This document shows positions 9,090 to 17,617 of a stretch of 60,476 bases of DNA, in pieces. Source of the DNA: a virus. Taxonomy: Duplodnaviria > Caudoviricetes. The notes under the pieces were generated by a model. It worked only from the letters and a program-made list of their open reading frames with translations. It made no database searches and was not told the origin of the DNA. The position numbers and the translations under genes are program-made. The stretch's first letter is position 1; each line of letters begins with the position of its first letter. The stretch is from the IMG/VR virus record IMGVR_UViG_3300021437_000022, positions 1 to 60,476 of that record; one strand, written 5' to 3'.

Positions 9090-9141
9090 GGACGAAACCG
9101 GCGTGAGCCGGTCTGCAGGTTGTGCCTGCACTGACGAGTCC
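9090..9141 (+). ncRNA. Hammerhead ribozyme, type II, copy 3 (cleavage after C9113)
   Basis: Same as copies 1/2 except stem III loop GCGA->GUGA, still a GNRA tetraloop; starts 2 nt after TGA. Confidence 0.93.
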
Positions 9142-9161
9142 AACCATTGAAAGGAATCACC

Positions 9162-9599
9162 ATGTTGCGCTACATCGCCCCCGGCGTGGAGAACGAGCCC
9201 GAATACTACGGCACCCTCCAAGCCATGCCCAATCCCCAATTTATTCCGGCCTGGGTTGTCCACACGTTCACGTTTTCGTGTGGCGCCCCGGTCTGGGTCG
9301 GACACTCCGGCAACGTGCCGGAGGATCGCACCTACACCCTCACGCTGGCCGAAGTGGACGAGATGATCCAGGCCAAGGGTGACAGCGTGGTGCTTTCGCG
9401 CATCGTGCTGTCCGGATTGAATCGCCGCGAGAAAGCCGCCGCCGCGATAGCGCCGGCAACCGAAGCGTGGCTTGCCGCGACGCGTGATTTTGGTGCTTTC
9501 TCTGGCGAAGAGTCCGCGGCCTGGGACGCTTTCGAAAACGCGCAGATCACCTATCTGGCTTTCTCGGAACGCGCACGCGGAGAATCGACATGCGCCTGA
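9162..9599 (+). CDS. Early hypothetical protein
   Basis: TGAAAGGAA RBS then ATG, 20 nt after ribozyme 3. Confidence 0.75.
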   Translation: MLRYIAPGVENEPEYYGTLQAMPNPQFIPAWVVHTFTFSCGAPVWVGHSGNVPEDRTYTLTLAEVDEMIQAKGDSVVLSRIVLSGLNRREKAAAAIAPATEAWLAATRDFGAFSGEESAAWDAFENAQITYLAFSERARGESTCA

Positions 9600-9859
9600 C
9601 CAATTACCGCGATGGCCGGGTGTTTGGCGCCTACGCTTCCACCAAACACCATGACCCAATGTACTCGACTGCAGAACTGGCGATTGTGCTGTTCACCACG
9701 ACGCGCAGCCTGACGCATCTGATCCGCCTGCAAACCGTAGCAGGCAACCCACCGCCGCCGTGCTGCACCCTGGCCACCTGCGGAGGCAAGGTCAAGCGCT
9801 ATCCTTTGCACGCCTTCACGGCGTGGTTCGAGTCAACCAAGGAAATATCATGCAAGTAG
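9590..9859 (+). CDS. Hypothetical protein
   Basis: 89 aa, GGAG RBS, overlaps neighbours. Confidence 0.6.
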   Translation: MRLTNYRDGRVFGAYASTKHHDPMYSTAELAIVLFTTTRSLTHLIRLQTVAGNPPPPCCTLATCGGKVKRYPLHAFTAWFESTKEISCK

Positions 9860-10065
9860 ATCGCATTGCATCTTGGGAACAAATCGCCGCCCTGGCCCAC
9901 GATCTGCGGGTCTCGACGGACGCCGCCCAATACGTGCACCACGAGATGATCCGACACGGGTACTTCGACACGGCGCTCGTGCCTGCGCATCTGTGGGAGC
10001 GCTGGACCCGAGGCGACCGTTTCCCTGTCCCCGAAAGTTTCTACACCCGCTACCGCCTCGACTGA
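9850..10065 (+). CDS. Hypothetical protein
   Basis: AAGGA RBS, MQVDRIASW... Confidence 0.65.
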   Translation: MQVDRIASWEQIAALAHDLRVSTDAAQYVHHEMIRHGYFDTALVPAHLWERWTRGDRFPVPESFYTRYRLD

Positions 10066-10075
10066 GAGAACCCTC

Positions 10076-10468
10076 ATGAACAACACTGCCCATCACCCCG
10101 CGCTCGACAAGCACCTGACTGCGCAGGTGCACAAGTATCTCGCCATGCCCGGCACGTTCGGCATGGTCACGGGCCGCGACCGCATGCGCGAACTGGACAT
10201 CACGTTTTTTGGCCCGGCCTGGGACTTCCGATCATTGGACGAAGCGAAGCATCACCAGATTTCAAAAGGCAATGACATCTTGTCGGAGTTTCTGAAGGCG
10301 CGAAACCGCACACAGGAAGCGGTGGCCTTGCTGGAAGCCAACCCCGGCATGTCCGCCCGGGAGGCTTCGCGGCGGTGCGGTGTCGATGTGATGGCGGTGC
10401 TGCGCGCCTTGCGCATTTCCGACAAGCCGCGATGCCCTCACTGCGGCTCACTCATTCGTCATTCGTAG
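10076..10468 (+). CDS. HTH + CxxC protein (putative DNA-binding)
   Basis: NPGMSAREASRRCGV HTH-like segment, C-terminal CPHCG. Confidence 0.65.
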   Translation: MNNTAHHPALDKHLTAQVHKYLAMPGTFGMVTGRDRMRELDITFFGPAWDFRSLDEAKHHQISKGNDILSEFLKARNRTQEAVALLEANPGMSAREASRRCGVDVMAVLRALRISDKPRCPHCGSLIRHS

Positions 10469-10977
10469 GACCGGCGCCCGAGTCGTCGCATCACCTGGGC
10501 GTCTGTCTCAAACTCTTTTTGCAGTATCAGGCCGCGCACCCACTTGGCGGCCTCGTTTCTTCCAGGCATGTCAGGCAACGCCCGTTCTCCCGTCCCGCCA
10601 CAGTGTGGGCAATCCGCTTCCTGCAGCACCTGCACATTGCCGTCGATGGTCAGGTGCCCTCTTCCCCCGCACACCTTGCAGTTGCAATCCAGGTAGTGAT
10701 CCAGCACCTGCATCACCACCTTGCGGGCGTCCTGCCAATTCACAATAGGCGCGTATTTGCTGCGCCGCAGCTCTTTCTCCAGCAGCTCGACGGTGATCTG
10801 CGCCACGCTGCCGTCCTGCGCGTACTTCAATCGCCACAGCGCCGCGCCCAATGGGTTTTTTGCCCCCGCCATGCCCATTGCCCGTACCACGTCAATGTCC
10901 GCAACGTCGTCAAGGTTGTCGGCCTCTCCGAGGTCGCTCGATTCCATTGCACTCGACATCCTTTTATTTCCGCTCAT
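10459..10977 (-). CDS. Antiterminator Q-like zinc-finger protein
   Basis: DVVRAMGMA...ALWRLKY; CKVCGGRG...CPHCGGTG. Confidence 0.7.
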   Translation of the reverse strand: MSGNKRMSSAMESSDLGEADNLDDVADIDVVRAMGMAGAKNPLGAALWRLKYAQDGSVAQITVELLEKELRRSKYAPIVNWQDARKVVMQVLDHYLDCNCKVCGGRGHLTIDGNVQVLQEADCPHCGGTGERALPDMPGRNEAAKWVRGLILQKEFETDAQVMRRLGRRSYE

Positions 10978-11062
10978 TCCGTCGCCTTTTCAATGCCGCC
11001 CCGGCTTGATTCCTGGGGCCTGGGAGCCGCGCAATCTGTTTTCTGGTAGGTGGATGCCTCCT

Positions 11063-12481
11063 CTACCCTTTCAACGCCTCCAGGAGCCCGTTTTGCAAGT
11101 TGCCTTTCCCGGCCAACCGCTCCGGCAGCTTGTCTTCAATCGTGTCGGCCGCACACAACACCCTGACCAGCACATGCCCGGCCTGGGTGCCATGCCGGTG
11201 CAGCCGGGAATTCAATTGCTTGAAGTGATCCAAGTCATGCGGGCATCCGTACCAGACGACATTGTGCCCCGCGCCCTGTAGCCCGTCCAGGCCGTGCCCG
11301 CCTTCCTTCGGATGCATGACCAGCACAGGGAACTTCCCTGCAATCCAGTCCTGCAGCCGATCGATGCGCCCGGCCTTCTTGCCCAAGCGTTTCAGGATGG
11401 CTTCACGGTCCGCCGTGTAGCGATAGCCGACGATGATTCCCCGTTCCGTGTTTTCCACGATTTCCTCCAAGGCGTCCAGCTTCGCCTCGTGCACCACCTG
11501 CGCCGTTTTCTCCCCGTCCTCGGTCTCGACAATCACGCGACCGTTTGCGATCTGCAACAGCTTCGCCAGCTTCGTTCCGGCTTGCGCCGCGGTCAGGATG
11601 TTGCCGTTCACTTCCGCCACCAGCTCGCGCTTGAGTTCGTCGTGCAGCACCTTGGCATGGTTCGGGATGCGCACCCATTCCGGCGTGATAATCAACTCAG
11701 GCAGCTCCAGCCAATCCTCTTGCCGAAACGCAAAACAAATATCCTTGACGGCGTCAATCACGCTTTCCTTGTCGCGCATTTCCCACATCGGCACGGTGCG
11801 GTTTCCCACCTCGATCGTGTGGCTGACGCGCATGAACCGTTCCCGGAATTCCTTCTTGCTCTTTCCCAGGCGCTTGCCTCCGTCCAACAACCCCACTGGC
11901 GAGTAAATATCCTCCAGGCCATTCGCCGCCGGGGTTCCGGTCAACTCCACGAATCGATTCAGGAAAGGGCGCACGGCACGCACGGCCCTGAACACCAGAT
12001 TCTTCGACGACAACAGGCTGCGCGCTTCGTCGATGGCCAATCCGTCATAGGGGAAATTGACCCCGTAGGCCTTGACCAGATGCGGAAACTGTTCATTGCT
12101 CACCAGATGGATCGTTTCCGGCATGCCTTGCAGGCGCTTCTTCGTCCCGGCCCGATCCTTGATTGTCAGCATCTTGCGCGCGGGGTCTTTCGGGTGTTGC
12201 ACCCGGTGCAGGTGGATATCGTCCGTATCCACGATTCGCCAGTCCAGGTGCTGGGTGTGCGCCCACTTGGCAATTTCCTTGGGCCATGTGAGCTGAATCA
12301 CCCGCTTGGGCGCCACAATCAACCACCGCGTGGTCTCGAACCTGTCTTCTTGCAACGCGACGATCGCCGACAACAGACTCACGCTCTTGCCAAGTCCTGG
12401 GTCCGCCCACAAGGCGCAGGCCTCCAGGTCCAGCACGGCCTGCGTCATGCGCTTCTGATACTCCCTCGCCGTGTATTCCAT
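11063..12481 (-). CDS. SNF2-family helicase
   Basis: REYQ Q-motif, DPGLGKS, LIVAP, IDEAR, LTGTPAAN, GHGLD.LQ, Q..SRLHRHG. Confidence 0.92.
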   Translation of the reverse strand: MEYTAREYQKRMTQAVLDLEACALWADPGLGKSVSLLSAIVALQEDRFETTRWLIVAPKRVIQLTWPKEIAKWAHTQHLDWRIVDTDDIHLHRVQHPKDPARKMLTIKDRAGTKKRLQGMPETIHLVSNEQFPHLVKAYGVNFPYDGLAIDEARSLLSSKNLVFRAVRAVRPFLNRFVELTGTPAANGLEDIYSPVGLLDGGKRLGKSKKEFRERFMRVSHTIEVGNRTVPMWEMRDKESVIDAVKDICFAFRQEDWLELPELIITPEWVRIPNHAKVLHDELKRELVAEVNGNILTAAQAGTKLAKLLQIANGRVIVETEDGEKTAQVVHEAKLDALEEIVENTERGIIVGYRYTADREAILKRLGKKAGRIDRLQDWIAGKFPVLVMHPKEGGHGLDGLQGAGHNVVWYGCPHDLDHFKQLNSRLHRHGTQAGHVLVRVLCAADTIEDKLPERLAGKGNLQNGLLEALKG

Positions 12482-12771
12482 CAGGCTTTCATCCTTGCCA
12501 GAAACAAATCGACGCCTTCGCGTGTGTCGGCCCAACCCGCCACGCACCCCATGCGTGTCAGCCGCTCGATCCACCAGCGCTGCAGCCTCTCCGGCTTCTT
12601 TCCTGTTTTCTTCAGCTCGATGAATCCAATGCGGTTCGGCGCAATGATCACCAATCGATCCGGCAGTCCGTCCCACCCCAGCTTGATCGTGAATCCCTTG
12701 CGCCGCTTGACCTCCTGCCCAAGGTAATCCTCCAGGTTCAGCTCTTTCGCCCCGATGCTCAGGTCAATCAT
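12481..12771 (-). CDS. VRR-NUC domain nuclease
   Basis: GLPDRLV...FIELK..GKKP..LQ PD-(D/E)xK motif. Confidence 0.88.
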   Translation of the reverse strand: MIDLSIGAKELNLEDYLGQEVKRRKGFTIKLGWDGLPDRLVIIAPNRIGFIELKKTGKKPERLQRWWIERLTRMGCVAGWADTREGVDLFLARMKA

Positions 12772-13205
12772 CGCAGCCACGCGCCATCTGACTGCCTGCG
12801 CATCCGCAGCTCTCTCGGCACACGCCGATACCCCGCCTCCGGATACGTGGCCTGATTGAGCACCCAGTCAATTTGCTCTTTCGTGCTGACCCATTCCGCC
12901 CACACCCCATTTTCCGCCAACGTGCTGATCCACCGCTCCACCCCCACCCCTGGCGAATATCCCGGCGCCACCAACTCCAGCATGACGGCCATTCCTCCCG
13001 GCGAAGGCAGCACCAGATATCCCGGCAACCCCTTCTTCCGTTTACGCTCTTTCTCGGCCCCCTTCCATACGACCTCCCCGCCAATCTGGGGCTGATCCTT
13101 CACGGCCTCGATCCGGATCACCCCTCGCACCCCTTTGCACAGGTGCTTCTCCAGGAAATCGATCTCGGCCTTCCTTTGCGCCGCTGTTAGCTTGATTCGT
13201 GACAT
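12768..13205 (-). CDS. Degenerate VRR-NUC-like protein
   Basis: GLPGYLV...MLELV..G....W...L...G pattern parallels the neighbour but lacks catalytic D and K. Confidence 0.55.
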   Translation of the reverse strand: MSRIKLTAAQRKAEIDFLEKHLCKGVRGVIRIEAVKDQPQIGGEVVWKGAEKERKRKKGLPGYLVLPSPGGMAVMLELVAPGYSPGVGVERWISTLAENGVWAEWVSTKEQIDWVLNQATYPEAGYRRVPRELRMRRQSDGAWLR

Positions 13206-13254
13206 AAGATTGAGAAAATGTAGTGGAAAATTGAAATGTACATGAAAACCAACG

Positions 13255-13442
13255 AATTTGAAATAGTAGTGCCTTTAACGTCCCGTCCGTCAGCATATCG
13301 TAGAGTAAACGCGTGAGTCTCTTAAAACAGCCGTATAGAAAATCAGCAAGTGATTTTTTTTTTACATGTAGTCACACTCTCTCTCTTTCTACTATACAGA
13401 GTGCTGACGGACGGGACGTTAAACCCTTCACTATTTCAAATT
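13255..13442. repeat. Long inverted repeat in AT-rich non-coding region, candidate replication origin
   Basis: Perfect 22-bp arms 13274-13295/13402-13423 plus outer 13-bp arms 13255-13267/13430-13442; directly downstream of primase. Confidence 0.75.
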
Positions 13443-13470
13443 TACTGTTTTTTGATCGAAAAAACGTACC

Positions 13471-13510
13471 CAAAAAACAAAGGCCGGAACAGTTTTCACT
13501 GCTTCCGGCC
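13471..13510 (-). terminator. Rho-independent terminator after primase
   Basis: GGCCGGAA/TTCCGGCC stem followed on minus strand by TTTGTTTTTT. Confidence 0.65.
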
Positions 13511-13535
13511 CCTGATGAATGGCTAATGTCGCGTG

Positions 13536-16049
13536 TCAGTACAGGTCTGTGCTCTCCAAATCCGCTGCGCGCTGCCGGCGCAACTGTTCTTCCTTCAACT
13601 TTTGGTCGTTGAACATGTCAAACACGGCCGGATTGATCGCCCACGCCGTGCCATCCGCGAACAGGAAGCCACGTTTCGCGCTACGTCGCGCCGACACATC
13701 GGCCACCAACCACCCTGCCGAGTGCAGTGCGTTGATGATTTTCCCCTGTTCCCGCGGCTCCAGGCGCACCCATCCGGTCATGTGTCGGTCCAATTCCCGG
13801 CGTGTCAGGGTTGTGTCGAGGCTTCCATCTTCCTTTCTGTCACGCTGCAGCACCATGGCGCCGATGTTGCGCAGGTGCTTCTTCAGGCTCATCTGGTCGT
13901 TCTGGTCGTAGAAGTTGCGCGCGTGCCCCATGAGCCAACCCACGAATCGGCAGGCTTGTGTCATGGTATCCAGGTTGATTTCCGGGGGGACATCCTCACC
14001 GAGAAAGTTATCGGGGTCCGTATCGGCCCAGGCCCACTTCGCCAGATGCATCGCACAAGCCACCCTGGCCAAGTGCGTCTGCCACTTGTAGAGCCACATC
14101 GCCATGTGTGAGGAGGTTTCCGTGTCGGCCAATCGGCGGGCTCGGGCCGCGCTCTCGTCGAACAGGCGTTGTGCAGATTCGTCGAACCGAATGGTCATCT
14201 CGGGCAGGTTGCGCAGGCGCGGGAACATGGCGCCGTAGTGTGACAACTGTGCCATGTCTTCGTTGATGTGTTCCCCGGAGGGACTGCCGCCACGTAGCAC
14301 CACGGTCAGGAAGCGCGCCATCATGCCGTCCTCGGCGCCGGGCACCAGGACGCGCTGCGCCACCTCGGGTTGCGTGCACCCCATGACGCTCAGGGCGAAC
14401 CTGGGGATGGAGTGCACGCCGGACTTGCGCCCCACGGTGAACGGGTCGCCGTTGTAGCCTTGCAGCAGGTCAGCGCGGTCCGAGGAGGCGCCCACCTTGT
14501 ATTGGCCCATGCCACAAATCCAACCCGACAATTCGTCCGCCTTGAACAGCACGCTGCGGTTTGGGTAGGCGGCGGTGCAGGCGTCGAAGATGTATTCGGT
14601 GGTCGAGTTGTTGATGATGCTGGGAGTGAAGACCGGTTTCTTGCTGAGCAAGACCAGCTTGTCCTCTTTCGAGGCGAACTTCAGATCATCGTTCCACTGT
14701 GCCATGTTCGAGGCGTGGCGCGCGGCTTCGGCTTCGTGGATGGTGGCGAGAGGGGATAGCGGCGCATTCAGAATTGGCGTCTTGCCGATGCCGGAGCCGC
14801 CGATCGCCACGCACCACAGGTTACACGAGGTGGTGAAGCTGGGTTCTCGGCGCGCGGGGTTCACTCTCACATGGAGCGGGATGGCAGAGGCGACGGCGCC
14901 CACGGCGAAGAGTAGATAGCCGGCCGGGTCCTGGCCACGCACGGTGGCGTAGTGATCGGCGAAGCGGTGGAGGAAATCCGGGGCGCTGTCGGGCTTGACT
15001 TCGGGGGGCTCTTCCGTGGCCCAAAGGTCTACGGGTTCCGACAGGTCTACGTGGGGCTTCTCGAACCGCTCCAGTAGCGCCATGAAATCGTCGTGAGCCG
15101 ATGGCCCCCATCCTGTTTTCCTGGCGCGCCAGAAGATGGAGGCGGCGGTCACGAGTTTGCGGTCGGGGGTGAGACTGCCGTCTTTCACGTAGGCCCAGAT
15201 GCGCTCGTCGAAGAACTCGGCGTCGAACTTGTCGCTGCGCGCGCTGAACTGTTCCGCCAGCGCCTTGCCTTCGTCGGAGCCGTTGGTGGCGTAGTGGATG
15301 CCGAAAATGCACTCCAACCACTCCGCATAGGGCAGGCCTTCCCCGTCGTTCGGGATGCTCGCGAGCGCATCTTGCAGGACGTGCAGGTCGTCGGTTGCCG
15401 GAGCGGGTTGTGGTGGTGTTTTGACTTTCTGCGTTTTCGGCACGTCCCGACTGAAGGCAAACTCGAACGGGGCGTCGCGGGTCTCAGGCTCGAACATGAC
15501 CGGGCAGATCGGTACGGACTTGCCTGCGAGCGGGAGGACAAACATGTTTCCCCACTCACCTTCTCCTACTTTGTCTTGCTTCGGGAACACTTCGACTTGA
15601 GCGTTCACGAGCCCCTTCGTGCCGTTGGACAGGTAGGCTTCGGAGAGTAAGGCGGTCAGGGCTGCACGTACGTCGCGCGCTTCCTGCGGGGTTTTCCACA
15701 AGAAGATCATGTGGGCGCCACTGCCCCCGCTCGATCGAAAACAGGTGGGGATGAGGCCCATGGCGTATGCGAAACCGGACAATTGCTCCAGGGTTTTGCA
15801 TACATCGGCGAAGGAGAGTTCACCTTTGTGGGAGTCCAGGTCGAGCAAGCCGACGCGGGTGGTGGAGGTGCCTGCATCCATGGGATAGGCGCCGTACTGG
15901 TTGCTGCCGTGGGCGTGGTTGTGGAGGGCTTCGGTGTCGAGCGGGAGTCGCTGCGCCCGTGGCCCATCCTTGAACTTCTCGGCCCGCACGTCGCGACGAA
16001 CGCGGTCAGTGAGGGGAGACAGCCTTGCAATGATCTGTTGCGTCGTCAT
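13536..16049 (-). CDS. Primase-helicase-like replication protein (AEP primase + PriCT-2 + DUF3987-like P-loop domain)
   Basis: LDLD and SSGGSGAH AEP motifs, YAEWLECIFGIH...FSARSDKFD PriCT-2, GGSGIGKT Walker A, DEL. Confidence 0.85.
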   Translation of the reverse strand: MTTQQIIARLSPLTDRVRRDVRAEKFKDGPRAQRLPLDTEALHNHAHGSNQYGAYPMDAGTSTTRVGLLDLDSHKGELSFADVCKTLEQLSGFAYAMGLIPTCFRSSGGSGAHMIFLWKTPQEARDVRAALTALLSEAYLSNGTKGLVNAQVEVFPKQDKVGEGEWGNMFVLPLAGKSVPICPVMFEPETRDAPFEFAFSRDVPKTQKVKTPPQPAPATDDLHVLQDALASIPNDGEGLPYAEWLECIFGIHYATNGSDEGKALAEQFSARSDKFDAEFFDERIWAYVKDGSLTPDRKLVTAASIFWRARKTGWGPSAHDDFMALLERFEKPHVDLSEPVDLWATEEPPEVKPDSAPDFLHRFADHYATVRGQDPAGYLLFAVGAVASAIPLHVRVNPARREPSFTTSCNLWCVAIGGSGIGKTPILNAPLSPLATIHEAEAARHASNMAQWNDDLKFASKEDKLVLLSKKPVFTPSIINNSTTEYIFDACTAAYPNRSVLFKADELSGWICGMGQYKVGASSDRADLLQGYNGDPFTVGRKSGVHSIPRFALSVMGCTQPEVAQRVLVPGAEDGMMARFLTVVLRGGSPSGEHINEDMAQLSHYGAMFPRLRNLPEMTIRFDESAQRLFDESAARARRLADTETSSHMAMWLYKWQTHLARVACAMHLAKWAWADTDPDNFLGEDVPPEINLDTMTQACRFVGWLMGHARNFYDQNDQMSLKKHLRNIGAMVLQRDRKEDGSLDTTLTRRELDRHMTGWVRLEPREQGKIINALHSAGWLVADVSARRSAKRGFLFADGTAWAINPAVFDMFNDQKLKEEQLRRQRAADLESTDLY

Positions 16050-16072
16050 GAAAAGTCTCGGTGGGAAGGAAA

Positions 16073-16106
16073 TTCGCCTTGTTCACTGTGCAGTGAACAA
16101 GGCGAA
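16073..16106. promoter_or_regulatory. Perfect 16-bp inverted repeat upstream of primase
   Basis: TTCGCCTTGTTCACTG-TG-CAGTGAACAAGGCGAA. Confidence 0.6.
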
Positions 16107-16129
16107 AAGGGACGAACGTCACCAGAGGA

Positions 16130-16471
16130 TCAATTGTCCGCGCTGTTTTTCCACTGGGTGGAAGGCAGGTGCGGGTCAGAGCTGTCGTCAGGAACCTCAG
16201 CGTCATCATCGGTGACCACGAGCACCTGACAATTCTTGCCGGCGCTGTTCAAGGCGATGATGGAATCTCGAATCTGCGTCATCTGATCGAGCATGTGGCC
16301 GGGCATGGTGAGACTGCCGCACCGTGTCAAGGAATGGGAATGCTTCTCCCAGACCAAGGCTTGCTCGGTAGCAGTCAGCTTTTGTAGGAGGCAAGCCTGG
16401 GTAGCGGTCAAACTGGTCAATACATCAAACAAACTCTGAAAAGGCAGGTGTTCGGGAAGGGATTCGCTCAT
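16130..16471 (-). CDS. Hypothetical protein
   Basis: MSESLPEHL..., GAGAG RBS. Confidence 0.6.
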   Translation of the reverse strand: MSESLPEHLPFQSLFDVLTSLTATQACLLQKLTATEQALVWEKHSHSLTRCGSLTMPGHMLDQMTQIRDSIIALNSAGKNCQVLVVTDDDAEVPDDSSDPHLPSTQWKNSADN

Positions 16472-16678
16472 GTCGGTTCTCTCAATGAAAAAGTGAAAAG
16501 GTTGTGGCCGTCTGTTCCGACCTGTCATGCGCATCGGCACCTTCCCACGCGCTTGTGAGGATGCCCGACGTACAGGGAAAGGTACCTGTAGCATCGGGAG
16601 AGAGACCGAGGAGCCAACTCCCCGCGGCAGGTGCCATACCGGACGCGATACCGCGCGCCTTCCCAACGTCGCAACAAC

Positions 16679-16888
16679 TCAGTGCAACAACGGCGGCCCT
16701 TCGTCCAGCGCCCACTCCGCCACGTCGATCGTGTCCTCCAAAAGCTTTTTGTCGAACGCACTCCCCAGGCTCAGCTCGATCGTGTTCTCGCCGTCAGCTT
16801 CGAACTCGATGGAGTCCCCCAGCAACAACGCCTCCAGGTCATCGGCGTCAAGAAACAAACTGAACACGGTAGGAAGCTTGGTCGTCAT
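16679..16888 (-). CDS. Small acidic hypothetical protein
   Basis: MTTKLPTVF..., 69 aa, very D/E-rich; first gene of the minus block. Confidence 0.6.
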   Translation of the reverse strand: MTTKLPTVFSLFLDADDLEALLLGDSIEFEADGENTIELSLGSAFDKKLLEDTIDVAEWALDEGPPLLH

Positions 16889-17073
16889 GGTGCGCACTAT
16901 ACCGCGAGAAAAGAAAGCACGGGAAGGGTTTGCATCTTGATACAAAAAAGCGCTAGACACATGCTTTCGAGGGGTTCAATCTTCGGGGCATGGAGTAGCA
17001 AGTGCGTCACCTGCACATCCAAAAGTGGTGAGTCTCCCGGCGCTGGCCGGTCCACATCTTGAAAGGGTTTGCC

Positions 17074-17274
17074 ATGCTTTTCTGCACTGGATTGACACTG
17101 ATCTTCTTTCTGTTCGCGGTCGGGACGCTCCTGGACTCTTGGCAACATCGATTGGGTTCGTGGGAACCCCACGTGATCAACATCCTTGCGGCTGGTCTGG
17201 TCGTGGGTCTGAGCCTGATGGCGTGGAGCCTGGGTTCCGCGTTCTACCATCTGTGCGCCACGTACCTGCCTTGA
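17074..17274 (+). CDS. Two-TM small membrane protein
   Basis: Two hydrophobic stretches; TGAAAGGG RBS. Confidence 0.6.
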   Translation: MLFCTGLTLIFFLFAVGTLLDSWQHRLGSWEPHVINILAAGLVVGLSLMAWSLGSAFYHLCATYLP

Positions 17275-17284
17275 AAGGGATGTG

Positions 17285-17617
17285 ATGCCACGGGAATACA
17301 AGCATTGGACGCCAGAGGATTTGGCATATCTGGAGGCGGAGTATGCCTCCGCCACGATTGATCAATTGGCCGAGCGGATGAATCGCACGGTCGATTCGAT
17401 CAAAGGGAAGCTTGCGAAGCGGGACATCCGCAAGCGCAAGGGGCCTCGGCAATTCTGGACGGTCCGGGAGGATGATTTCCTGCGTGACAACTACCCTGAC
17501 CACGGGCGCGAGCATTGCGCCCTGGCGCTGGAGCGGTCGCCATGGAGTGTCGGCGCCCGCGCCAATCGACTCGGGTTGATTCGCAGCTATCGCTTGCAAG
17601 GAAAGGTGAAACCATGA
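17285..17617 (+). CDS. Tandem Myb/SANT-like HTH repeat protein
   Basis: Two WT.ED..L...Y.......A..L.R(T/S)..S repeats. Confidence 0.7.
   Translation: MPREYKHWTPEDLAYLEAEYASATIDQLAERMNRTVDSIKGKLAKRDIRKRKGPRQFWTVREDDFLRDNYPDHGREHCALALERSPWSVGARANRLGLIRSYRLQGKVKP

Noticed and set aside
7421-9141. The three 52-bp repeats as a CRISPR array or terminators
   Set aside because: Spacing is hundreds to over a thousand bp and filled with genes, there are no U tracts, and the hammerhead core explains the sequence fully.
16480-16678. Cobalamin riboswitch, suggested by TGGGAAGG
   Set aside because: The other conserved elements (GCCACTG, AGGGAA..GGTG, AG.CAG.AGAC) are absent and no B12-related gene follows.
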